This document shows, one piece after another, positions 17,114-25,128 of a DNA stretch of 58,366 nt (the first letter of the stretch is position 1; each line of letters opens with the position of its first letter). The stretch is from positions 1 through 58,366 of the IMG/VR virus record IMGVR_UViG_3300045965_000268; one strand, given 5' to 3'. The stretch is from a virus. Taxonomy: Duplodnaviria > Caudoviricetes. The notes under the pieces were generated by a model. That model was not told the DNA's origin. It ran no database searches and saw only the letters and a list, made by a program, of their open reading frames with translations. The position numbers and the translations under genes were made by a program.

Positions 17114-17350
17114 TTGACTTTGAGTGGTGACCTGAAGCTGCCGTACACGCTGACGCTGCGGCGTGATGAAGACGGCGACTGGATCGCCAGGGTGCAGGAG
17201 CTGCCGGGATGCACGGCAGACGGGCCGACGCGAGACGCAGCGCTCGCGGACCTGGACGTCGCGATGCGAGAGTGGCTGGAGGCGGCGGTCGAGCACGGGA
17301 TCACGGTGCCGACGCCGCAGGACGCTGGGCAACGGAGACCAGAGGACTGA
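17114..17350 (+). CDS. HicB-like antitoxin domain protein (no HicA partner)
   Basis: YTLTLRRDEDGDWIARVQELPGCTADGPTRDAALADLDVAMREWLEAAVEHGITVPTP. Confidence 0.85.
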   Translation: MTLSGDLKLPYTLTLRRDEDGDWIARVQELPGCTADGPTRDAALADLDVAMREWLEAAVEHGITVPTPQDAGQRRPED

Positions 17351-17560
17351 GCGTGAGGACAGCCGTGAACAACGCACAACTGCCGATCATCGCCTGCGAT
17401 CCCAGGGCCAGGGTGCTGGAGCATCCGATCTTCCAGGTCCTCGGACGGTACAGCGCCACGACGGTCGACCGGGTGCAGGACCGGCTCGGGAACGAGCGCT
17501 GCCTGACCGGCCTGCCGGCGGTGGCGTGCGCCTGCGGACGGTACCTGCTGGAGCGCCGAC

Positions 17561-17827
17561 ATGGCTGATAAGCCTAAGCCAACGGTACTGAACGTCGTGC
17601 GGTCCAACAGCGTGATGGTGGTCGTCGGCAACCACTTGCTGGATCGCGACGTGACGTGGCCGGACAAAGAAGGTCTGGTTGGAGGCGCGGGCCGGGTGCG
17701 AGGCTTGTTCACTTGGTATCGCGACGATTACGCTGAGTTCTATGCGTTGGTGGAGCAGGCCGACGGGAAGCTGGCGTCGGTTCAGCTTCACGAGTTGGTG
17801 TTCGCGCCGCTGCGGGATCCTGAGTGA
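17561..17827 (+). CDS. Hypothetical protein
   Basis: Protein-like ORF in the plus-strand island. Confidence 0.55.
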   Translation: MADKPKPTVLNVVRSNSVMVVVGNHLLDRDVTWPDKEGLVGGAGRVRGLFTWYRDDYAEFYALVEQADGKLASVQLHELVFAPLRDPE

Positions 17828-18160
17828 TGACGGTGAGCGATCCTGAGCCGACGAAGACGCAGGCGGCGGCCATGGAGCGCGGCATGCGTGAGATCGACGA
17901 GCTGGCGAGGCGGCCGCCTCGCGGCAAGGCTCCGAATCCCGAGGAGAAACTGGACCCGCTGGATGACGCTGCGAGCGGGTCTGCGACTGATGACTCACTC
18001 AAGTCCGGCCATGCCGCGCGGCTCAAGCTCATCGAGGTCGGGCCGAAGTACTTCGGGGGCAGGTAACGCGCACGTTCGACGTGCGTCCCGGGTGGGCACG
18101 GCTGCGCCGCCCGGGACACGTGCTGCCGTGCCGGCGCGGGAGCACCGGCGACGTAGGTAC

Positions 18161-18355
18161 CTAGGCACTCGGCGGGAGCTTCGCCGGCTCCAACGCCTGG
18201 ACCTGGGCGTCGATGTCGGCGAGGTTTGCCTTCATGTCGGCGAGCTGCTGCTCCGTGAGCGCCTCGCTCGTCTTGATCGCGGCGATCAACGACGGCAGGG
18301 CCCGGAGCATCTCGGTCGCCAGAGGCACGAGCACCGGGATCAGAGCGGCGGCCAT
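18161..18355 (-). CDS. Small helical protein at the end of the lysis cassette
   Basis: AGGAGG RBS; amphipathic helices. Confidence 0.6.
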   Translation of the reverse strand: MAAALIPVLVPLATEMLRALPSLIAAIKTSEALTEQQLADMKANLADIDAQVQALEPAKLPPSA

Positions 18356-18364
18356 GGGCGCCTC

Positions 18365-18736
18365 CTACTTCGCCGCCGGCACGACGCCGGCTGCGTACGC
18401 GTACGTGAGCGACTCACCGACCAGCGCCGCGGTCGCGGCTGACAGGGACGCCAGGTCGCCTGTCGGCGCGGCTGCGGTCCACGTCTTCACGAGCTGACCG
18501 TACGAGAACTTGAAGTGCGGCAGGAAGGCGTTCCATGCCTTGCAGGTATCGACGGAGATCTTCCCGGTCGGGCAGTGCTGGTTCATCGCGGCCGAGGTCG
18601 CGATCGCCGTCTTCCCCGCGAGCTGGAGCGCCTGATAGGTCCCCTGCTGCGCTTGCGCCTTCTTCCCGGCGTCGGTGCTCGCGCAGCCCGTCATCACGAG
18701 CAGCGCCACGATTGCGAGCGCGAGTACACGTCTCAT
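18365..18736 (-). CDS. Lipoprotein (possible spanin component)
   Basis: MRRVLALAIVALLVMTG-C lipobox; lysis-region context. Confidence 0.65.
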   Translation of the reverse strand: MRRVLALAIVALLVMTGCASTDAGKKAQAQQGTYQALQLAGKTAIATSAAMNQHCPTGKISVDTCKAWNAFLPHFKFSYGQLVKTWTAAAPTGDLASLSAATAALVGESLTYAYAAGVVPAAK

Positions 18737-18990
18737 GGATCTCTCCTCTCTTCCACCTGTCGGATCACTGTCGGTTCAGCGCGCGACGGATTGCCGTCGC
18801 CGCGTTTGCCCGTCACGGCGTGCGTGACGGCAATGGTGAGGATCGAGGTCGTCGCCGCGACAAACTGTTCTCCGGTGATCGCTCCACGCGTCAACGCGAT
18901 CACCACGCCGGTCTCGGCGAGATAGAACAGCCCGTAGCGAATGAGATGGTGCAGGACGTCATAAAACTGGACCACGAGCGATATCCTCAT
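18733..18990 (-). CDS. Small membrane protein, holin candidate
   Basis: Two hydrophobic segments and a charged C-terminus; downstream of the endolysin. Confidence 0.5.
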   Translation of the reverse strand: MRISLVVQFYDVLHHLIRYGLFYLAETGVVIALTRGAITGEQFVAATTSILTIAVTHAVTGKRGDGNPSRAEPTVIRQVEERRDP

Positions 18991-19192
18991 CCGGCCGCGT
19001 CCTCGGGTTGCACAACACAGGGTTGCTCCTCACGTTCCTCTGGCGTGAGCCGCCGCGGCTGCGTCCCGCGGTGCAACAGCCCGCAGAGGATCCGATTCGT
19101 ATCAGAGAAGCCGTCGTCGCTGGGAGAGGCGTGATGCTGGCAGAGCGACGAGTCGCTCGTGATCATCAGCCCGCACGACGCGCAGAGGCTAC

Positions 19193-19480
19193 TCACTTCG
19201 CGATCTCCTGCTCGAACACCTCGATGCGGCCGCGGTCGTCCGGCGCGTAGCACAAGAGCGACCGGAGCCCGTTCCCGTCGGCCCGGATGTAGAGACTCGG
19301 CGTGCACACCAGGGCCGGGATCCGCTTCGAGACGGGGACGGGAGGCGGCGTAGCGGCGCAGCCTCCCAGGGCGAGAAGGGCCACCACGAACCGTCCGATC
19401 GGCGGACGCGACGCCACGCAGCGAATACAGCGGCCGTGTACCTTCCATCCTCGATGCAGCAGCCAGCACAAGATGTTCAT
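19193..19480 (-). CDS. Putative lipoprotein (possible spanin component)
   Basis: FVVALLALGG-C lipobox followed by a Pro-rich segment; start overlaps the endolysin stop. Confidence 0.5.
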   Translation of the reverse strand: MNILCWLLHRGWKVHGRCIRCVASRPPIGRFVVALLALGGCAATPPPVPVSKRIPALVCTPSLYIRADGNGLRSLLCYAPDDRGRIEVFEQEIAK

Positions 19481-19893
19481 GGTCTCTGCTCCTCTGTGAT
19501 CTCGATCTCGATCCGCTGACCCGACTCCCAGGCCCAGCGGAGATGTGTGTAGAGCGCGTCGAACGCTGACCGGCTTTGCTGCACCGCATCGAACGAGCGG
19601 CTGCGCCCCGGGAGCAGACACCCATCGGTGTCGCGGTCCGTGTTGCCTGGATGAATCCGGATCCCCGTGAACCCGGGGACGTCGAGGAGCAGGGGAAGGT
19701 CGCGTTGGAACCTGCTGGAGCGGTCGATGATGACCCGGTAGGTACCGGTCGGGATCGCCGTCCGGCCCGGGATCTTTATCCCATTGGGCCGGACGACGTC
19801 CTCCAGGATGTAGCACTCGGGCACCCCGTCGACGGAGAGGTCACCGATGGTCGAGAGTGGAGTGAACCAGCGTCGAACGAGGCGGAGGGTCAA
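19477..19893 (-). CDS. DUF5675-family endolysin (peptidoglycan peptidase)
   Basis: STIGDLSVDG..CYILED, TAIPTGTY, VPGFTGIRIHPGNT..DTDGCLLPG. Confidence 0.88.
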   Translation of the reverse strand: MTLRLVRRWFTPLSTIGDLSVDGVPECYILEDVVRPNGIKIPGRTAIPTGTYRVIIDRSSRFQRDLPLLLDVPGFTGIRIHPGNTDRDTDGCLLPGRSRSFDAVQQSRSAFDALYTHLRWAWESGQRIEIEITEEQRP

Positions 19894-19896
19894 CGC

Positions 19897-20097
19897 TTAC
19901 CAGAGCCTCGGGTTGCCTAAGAGGCGGACGAGCCAGAAGCACACGATGATGGCGGCGATCGTCCAGATGCCCCAGATCGCCCAGGATCTCGGGGGCTCGG
20001 GCATCGGCGAGACCTTGATCCGCCAGACGACGATCCCGGCAACAGCGAACGCCACGAGCCCCCAGATCACGAGCCAGAGCAACGCCTCGATCGTCAT
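19897..20097 (-). CDS. Two-TM membrane protein, holin candidate
   Basis: Two hydrophobic helices separated by PMPEP; GGAGGG RBS; directly upstream of the endolysin. Confidence 0.6.
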   Translation of the reverse strand: MTIEALLWLVIWGLVAFAVAGIVVWRIKVSPMPEPPRSWAIWGIWTIAAIIVCFWLVRLLGNPRLW

Positions 20098-20111
20098 GGT
20101 TGGCCCTCCAT

Positions 20112-20963
20112 TCAGAAGACGCCTTGCGTCTTTATCAATGCGACCACGGCGCCGATCAGCAACACGGACAGCATGGCCGCGATGAGCCGGAGGCTCTGGT
20201 CCCGGAACCCGAGCCTGATACGGTGCGCCAGCGCCGTGAATTGCTCGACCCGGATCGTCTCCATCCGGGCCATCTCGGTCCGGAGCAGATCCTCGATCCG
20301 CTGGAACCCGCGTGCATCCTCGCCGCGGTGATCGCGCAGCTCCCCGCGCACCTCTCGCACGTCTTCCTTGATCGCCGAGACCTGGACGACGACCTCGGCC
20401 AGCGTCGTGGCCGGCGACGGATCCCCAGCCGCGCCGGCTTTCGTCAGGTAATACTCGACAGGCTCGACGAAGCCCTTCAGCTCCGTGACGCGCCTCGCAA
20501 GGCGAGCCAGGATCTCCGGGCGCCTCGCCAGCTCGGGGTAGAACCGCTCTGACACCGCTACGCCTTCCGGCAGGCAGACCGAGAGCAGGCGAGCGGTCAG
20601 ATCGACGATGGTTCCGTCGACCGTCGCATCCTCGGTGAACGGCTCGCCGTCCCAGGACACCACACCCAGCCCGAGCGCGATCCGGGCCGGGAGCGGGTCG
20701 GGGATCGCCTGCACGCGCAACGCATGCAGGAACACCTCGATGGCGAGGTCCGCCGGCGCCACGAAGAGCCAGCCGTCGCCCTGCCGGAGCCCGATCCGAC
20801 GCACCTGCGACGACAGACCGGCGAACTCATGTTCGAGACGACGCATCCGCTCTCGACGCTCCGCGATGCCGGCCAGCTCGCCTTCCTGGGCCGCTCTGGC
20901 CGTGGAGCCCGAGAGGTCCATGAAAAGGATGACCACCATCCCGGCCGTCTGGGCTGGTGTCAC
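20112..20963 (-). CDS. Class III nucleotide (adenylate/guanylate-type) cyclase domain + coiled coil + C-terminal TM helix
   Basis: ILFMDLSGST, QGDGWLFV, RIALGLG, VDGTIVDLTARL and ELKGF..PVEYY; C-terminal LIAAMLSVLLIGAVVALI. GTG 20963 overlaps the upstream stop. Confidence 0.88.
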   Translation of the reverse strand: MTPAQTAGMVVILFMDLSGSTARAAQEGELAGIAERRERMRRLEHEFAGLSSQVRRIGLRQGDGWLFVAPADLAIEVFLHALRVQAIPDPLPARIALGLGVVSWDGEPFTEDATVDGTIVDLTARLLSVCLPEGVAVSERFYPELARRPEILARLARRVTELKGFVEPVEYYLTKAGAAGDPSPATTLAEVVVQVSAIKEDVREVRGELRDHRGEDARGFQRIEDLLRTEMARMETIRVEQFTALAHRIRLGFRDQSLRLIAAMLSVLLIGAVVALIKTQGVF

Positions 20964-21340
20964 GGCACGAAGTCCACGTCGTACACGGGAAAGCTGACTG
21001 TCCATGACCCCTGCTTTGTCGAGTCGTACGTCGCCTTGATCAGCATGACGTGATACTCGACGGCGCGGCCGTCCACGACGATCGGGTTGTCGTCAGGAGT
21101 GAGCTGGATCTTCACGAGCCCGGCCGAGTCGATCGTGCCGCGGCCCGTGTTGAGGATCGACACGCCGTCCACGGAGTTGATCACCGCGACCGGCGCGTCC
21201 CGCGTGTAGAGCTTCAACGTGAGCGCCGAGATCCGGGCCACGTCGATCGCGACGCCGTCCTCGTCTCGCAGCGTGCCCTTGTAGAGGGCGCTCGTCTTCT
21301 GGTTGACACGGGTGCTGAACGCTCGATTGATCACGCCCAT
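20960..21340 (-). CDS. Virion structural protein, BppU N-terminal-like beta-sandwich
   Basis: TLRDEDGVAID...GTIDSAGLVKIQLTPDD pattern; late tail region. Confidence 0.55.
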   Translation of the reverse strand: MGVINRAFSTRVNQKTSALYKGTLRDEDGVAIDVARISALTLKLYTRDAPVAVINSVDGVSILNTGRGTIDSAGLVKIQLTPDDNPIVVDGRAVEYHVMLIKATYDSTKQGSWTVSFPVYDVDFVP

Positions 21341-21495
21341 CAGAGGCTCCCGAGGAACGTCTCGTCGTCAGCCGACGCGACGGTCAGCGACTCGTTCTGC
21401 ATGCGAATGAGGCCCGGGGTGACGACGGGGGGAGCGCCGCCGACCTCCGACGCTCCCCTGAGGAACCTGAAGAAGACGAGGTGCGTGAGAATCAT

Positions 21496-23940
21496 TTAGA
21501 CCTTCGACTTGAACCCGATGATCGTGACCTTGATCGACGTCAGCGAGGCGTCGGGATCCGCCGCGATCGCGGTGTTCGCGCTGAAGGGCAACGGCACGGG
21601 CGGGTTGAAGATCACGCCGGACTTCGACGGAGGCACCGGGAGCGTCAGCTTCACCGAGCCAGCGGTGCCGTCCCGGATGTCCACCTCGGCCGGCGTCGCC
21701 GAGGAGTTCGAGACCACGACCGAGGTGACGTAGATCTTCACGCCGGAGCCGGCCGCGGAGATCACCGAGGTCGACGAGCCGTCCGTGATCGTCGCCGTCC
21801 CGGTCACGATGTCTTCCAGGTTGCAGTGCGGCCGGACGATCTGCACCCCGTCGACGCCGTGATACCCATCCGTGACGTCGTTGTTGGCGACCAGGGTGAC
21901 GCCGGAGAGGGCCGTCGTCGCCTTGCCGCCCGTCTTCACCGGCGCGTCGGCGTCGGCGCTGTCGTGTGCCACGGTGCCCTTGACGCCAGGCATCGAGGCG
22001 ATGTCGACGTCACCGATGTTGTTATTCCCGGCCGGCAACGCCGGCAAGGTCAGCACGTCGACGTCGCCGATGTTGTTGGTACCCGCCGGCAGGGCCGGCA
22101 GGGTCAGGACGTCGACGTCACCGATGTTGTTGGTGCCTGCCGGCAGGGCCCCGGTCTGCGCCGTCAGCAGCGCGTTCGAGGCGTTGACGTTGGCACCGCG
22201 CTCGTTGCCGGCCGCGTCCCGGAGCGTCGTGTAGAGGTTCCGGTTCGCCGACATGCGCACGGCCCCGGCATCGCCCTCGTCGACGCTGTCCGTGGCGGCG
22301 TCGTCGAACTCGGCCCCGAACATCTGGAGCTTGGTCGTGCCGGGCGAGAACGCCGCGTCGTCGGTGATGATCGAGTCGTCGATCAGCTCCGTCGACGTCT
22401 TGATCGCGTTGAGCGTGGTCTCCGTCGCCGCACCAGTCGGCAGCGGGAGCGACGAGGCGGAAATCGGCTGGGTGACGCCGGAGCCGTTGACGTGTAGCCG
22501 GCCGCTGGCGTCGACCTGGAGCTGCGTACGATCCCCGTCCGTGTCGACCAGGGTCGCCGCCGTGTCCTTCCGGACGACGCCGGCCATGGTGATCTTGTCG
22601 GCCGCCGTGGAGACGGTGTCCTCGTCGTACTGCGTTCCGCCGCCGACCGAGACCTCGGTGCCGGAGGCGTCGCGGAGGTTGACGTGGAAGGCCCGGTTCG
22701 TGGTCATCCGGGCAATGCCCATCTCGCCCTCGGCGAGCGTGTCGGACGCCGCGTCGTCCCGGGCGCCCATGATCGGCGTTCCGGCCGTGGAGGCGGCCGT
22801 GAAGGCGGCGCTGTCCGTCGCCGAGGTGCCGCCTGAGCCGCCTCCGGCCACGATGTTGACCCGGAGGGCATCGTTGGTATCGTCCATCGCGGAGTCGCCG
22901 TTCGGCGTCTCCAGCGCCGCCAGCATGGCCCGGCTCGCCGTCATGGCGAAGGCGCCGCCGTCGTTGTCGTTGACCGTGTCCCGGGCGGACTTGAAGGTGC
23001 CGCCGACCGGCGTGAACGACGTCGAGCCCACGGTGAAGGCGGCGTCGTCCGTCATCGCCGTGCCGCCTGAGCCAGCTCCGGCCACGATGTTGACCCTGAC
23101 GGCGTTGTTGCCGCCGTCCATGACCGAGTCGCCCGCGTCGTCCCGGAGGTTGACGTGCAGGGCCCGGGCGAGGGTCATCCGGAGCGCGCCGGCATCGCCC
23201 TCGTCGACGCTGTCCGGCGCCGCCTCGTCGGCGAAGGCGCCCACGACGAGCACCCGGTCCGAGGCTGGCGTGAACGCGGCGTCGTCGACCTTCGAGGCGT
23301 TGTCCTGCACCCCGAGGGTGCCGGTACCGGCGTTGGCCGTCACGGTGCCTGAGACCGTGAAGGTGCCGCTGCCAGCGTTCGCCGTCACCGTACCGGAGAC
23401 TGGCTGGGTCGTCGTCCCGGTCGGGTCGACCCGGAGCGGATCCGTCGAGGTGCCGCCAGCGACCGCGCCACCGGACTTCGGCAGCGCGACGCCCATCATC
23501 ACGACGGTGTCGGTGCCGCCGCCGGTGTCGTAGTCGGCCGTCTTCGCCGTCGCCGCCGCGACCGAGCCCGTCGGCAGCGTGGCGACGTCGACGTCACCGA
23601 TGTTGTTGTTGCCAGCGGGGAGCGCCGGCAAGGACGCGACGTCAACGTCGCCGATGTTGTTGTTCCCGGCGGGGAGCGCCGGCAGCGAGAGCACATCCAC
23701 GTCGCCGATGTTGTTCGTGCCGGCCGGGATCGCGGCGCCGAGCGTGACCGACCCGTCGACCGTGATCGAGTTCCCGCCGTCCTGGATCGGGAGCGCCGCC
23801 GCGCCGGCCGCGACGTCCGTGGCGACGCCGTCGGCGCCCCATACCTGCTTGGTCCGAGGGTAGTGCGTGCCGCTGATGTCATCAGTAGCGAACACTGCTC
23901 CCGGCGTCGTGACCGATTCAGCCGCTACATTGTCAGCCAT
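21496..23940 (-). CDS. Tail fibre / long repetitive virion protein
   Basis: A/G/T/D-rich 814 aa; six (L/I)PAG(N/T)NNIGDVD repeats; recurring DDAAFT and DSVDEGDAGA modules. Confidence 0.75.
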   Translation of the reverse strand: MADNVAAESVTTPGAVFATDDISGTHYPRTKQVWGADGVATDVAAGAAALPIQDGGNSITVDGSVTLGAAIPAGTNNIGDVDVLSLPALPAGNNNIGDVDVASLPALPAGNNNIGDVDVATLPTGSVAAATAKTADYDTGGGTDTVVMMGVALPKSGGAVAGGTSTDPLRVDPTGTTTQPVSGTVTANAGSGTFTVSGTVTANAGTGTLGVQDNASKVDDAAFTPASDRVLVVGAFADEAAPDSVDEGDAGALRMTLARALHVNLRDDAGDSVMDGGNNAVRVNIVAGAGSGGTAMTDDAAFTVGSTSFTPVGGTFKSARDTVNDNDGGAFAMTASRAMLAALETPNGDSAMDDTNDALRVNIVAGGGSGGTSATDSAAFTAASTAGTPIMGARDDAASDTLAEGEMGIARMTTNRAFHVNLRDASGTEVSVGGGTQYDEDTVSTAADKITMAGVVRKDTAATLVDTDGDRTQLQVDASGRLHVNGSGVTQPISASSLPLPTGAATETTLNAIKTSTELIDDSIITDDAAFSPGTTKLQMFGAEFDDAATDSVDEGDAGAVRMSANRNLYTTLRDAAGNERGANVNASNALLTAQTGALPAGTNNIGDVDVLTLPALPAGTNNIGDVDVLTLPALPAGNNNIGDVDIASMPGVKGTVAHDSADADAPVKTGGKATTALSGVTLVANNDVTDGYHGVDGVQIVRPHCNLEDIVTGTATITDGSSTSVISAAGSGVKIYVTSVVVSNSSATPAEVDIRDGTAGSVKLTLPVPPSKSGVIFNPPVPLPFSANTAIAADPDASLTSIKVTIIGFKSKV

Positions 23941-23967
23941 TGCGTGTCACTCCCCCCGACAGGTTGT

Positions 23968-24669
23968 TCACGAACCCACGACTCCGACGATGGTGGTCCC
24001 GCCGCCAGCAGCAGGCGCCAACACCTCGACCGAGATCACCGCCCAGTTGCGTACCGTCGTTGTGAATGTCCATCCGATGCCAGCCGTGTCTGCCCCGCGT
24101 GTCGGCGCGAGCGTGGCGAGGGCGCCGATCACGTTGTTGCCAGCCGTGGCGGATGTCGTCTGATCGATCCGTTGTTCGGTGATGCCGCCGTCTTCGGTGA
24201 TCGCCTCGGTCGAGTTGAGCTTGCACACGAAGAGGAGCCCGAGAGCATCGGCCCGGCACACCGCGGCGATCCTTGGAACCAAGTTGTTCCCGTTCGAGAA
24301 GCGGACGTCGTACGCGTTACTCCCGCTCCCAGCCCCGGTCGGTGGCGCCACGGAGCCAGTGACCGAAGCACACGAGCCGACCATGCGGGCGCTCGCCGAG
24401 GGCGTGAACACTGCCGGGTTGCTTCCCGTGGCCGGGCTGTTCAGCGCCCAGACTTCCATGTTGACCGCGGTCTGGGTCGCCTCCCGGCCGATCATCGTGG
24501 AGTCAACGTCGTTGTACTTGACCGTCGAACCGACTTCGCCTGCCGGCGTGCGCAGATGCAGACCGAAGAAGGCGACGGTCCCGGCACTATTGACGAACGT
24601 CACCGACAGGTTCGCCGCCGCGTTGTTTCCGGTGTCGTCGATCGCTGTGGAGTCGAGCGCCACGGCCAT
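23968..24669 (-). CDS. Putative virion structural protein
   Basis: Ala/Thr/Gly-rich, beta-strand pattern; GGAGGG RBS. Confidence 0.65.
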   Translation of the reverse strand: MAVALDSTAIDDTGNNAAANLSVTFVNSAGTVAFFGLHLRTPAGEVGSTVKYNDVDSTMIGREATQTAVNMEVWALNSPATGSNPAVFTPSASARMVGSCASVTGSVAPPTGAGSGSNAYDVRFSNGNNLVPRIAAVCRADALGLLFVCKLNSTEAITEDGGITEQRIDQTTSATAGNNVIGALATLAPTRGADTAGIGWTFTTTVRNWAVISVEVLAPAAGGGTTIVGVVGS

Positions 24670-25128
24670 CTAGGCAACCCTCCTGACCACCACGCGCCAG
24701 GGGAGTTCTCGCTGTGCCTCGATCCCGTAGGGCGCCAGGCCGATCGCGGCATGATGCAACGCCGCTCCTTCAGCGAAGGTGAGCGGGACCGCACCGGGGC
24801 GCACGGACACCGCCCCCGTCACCTTGTTCACCGACAGCGCGTTCGGCGCCCAGAGGATGTCGCCGCGGACCGGATGATGGTGGAGCCAGTGCCCTTCGAG
24901 GCCCCGCTGATGCGCGTCGCTCACGTCTTCCGGCATGAGGTCGCGCGTCGGGTGCTCGGTGTCGTACTGCTCGAACTCGCCCGCGACCCACTCGCCGCGA
25001 AGCATCTGTTCCAGCGGAAGCATGTACATCCACCATCCACTCCGGTACTGCGTCCGGGTCAGCGGAACGATCCGGCCGTACTTGTGCCGGGCCCAGAAGG
25101 CGCGCGGGAGTCGCTTGACGTAGCGCAT
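24670..25128 (-). CDS. Hypothetical protein
   Basis: ATG overlaps the upstream stop; its stop abuts the next start. Confidence 0.55.
   Translation of the reverse strand: MRYVKRLPRAFWARHKYGRIVPLTRTQYRSGWWMYMLPLEQMLRGEWVAGEFEQYDTEHPTRDLMPEDVSDAHQRGLEGHWLHHHPVRGDILWAPNALSVNKVTGAVSVRPGAVPLTFAEGAALHHAAIGLAPYGIEAQRELPWRVVVRRVA

Noticed and set aside
19897-20963. Canonical Pycsar defence operon
   Set aside because: The adjacent 66-aa two-TM ORF is too small to be a known PycTM or PycTIR effector, and the context is the late lysis cassette. Kept only as a cyclase of unknown specificity.
21496-23940. Diversity-generating retroelement TR/VR pair among the fibre repeats
   Set aside because: No reverse transcriptase is visible, and the repeats are in-frame coding repeats without evident adenine-specific differences.
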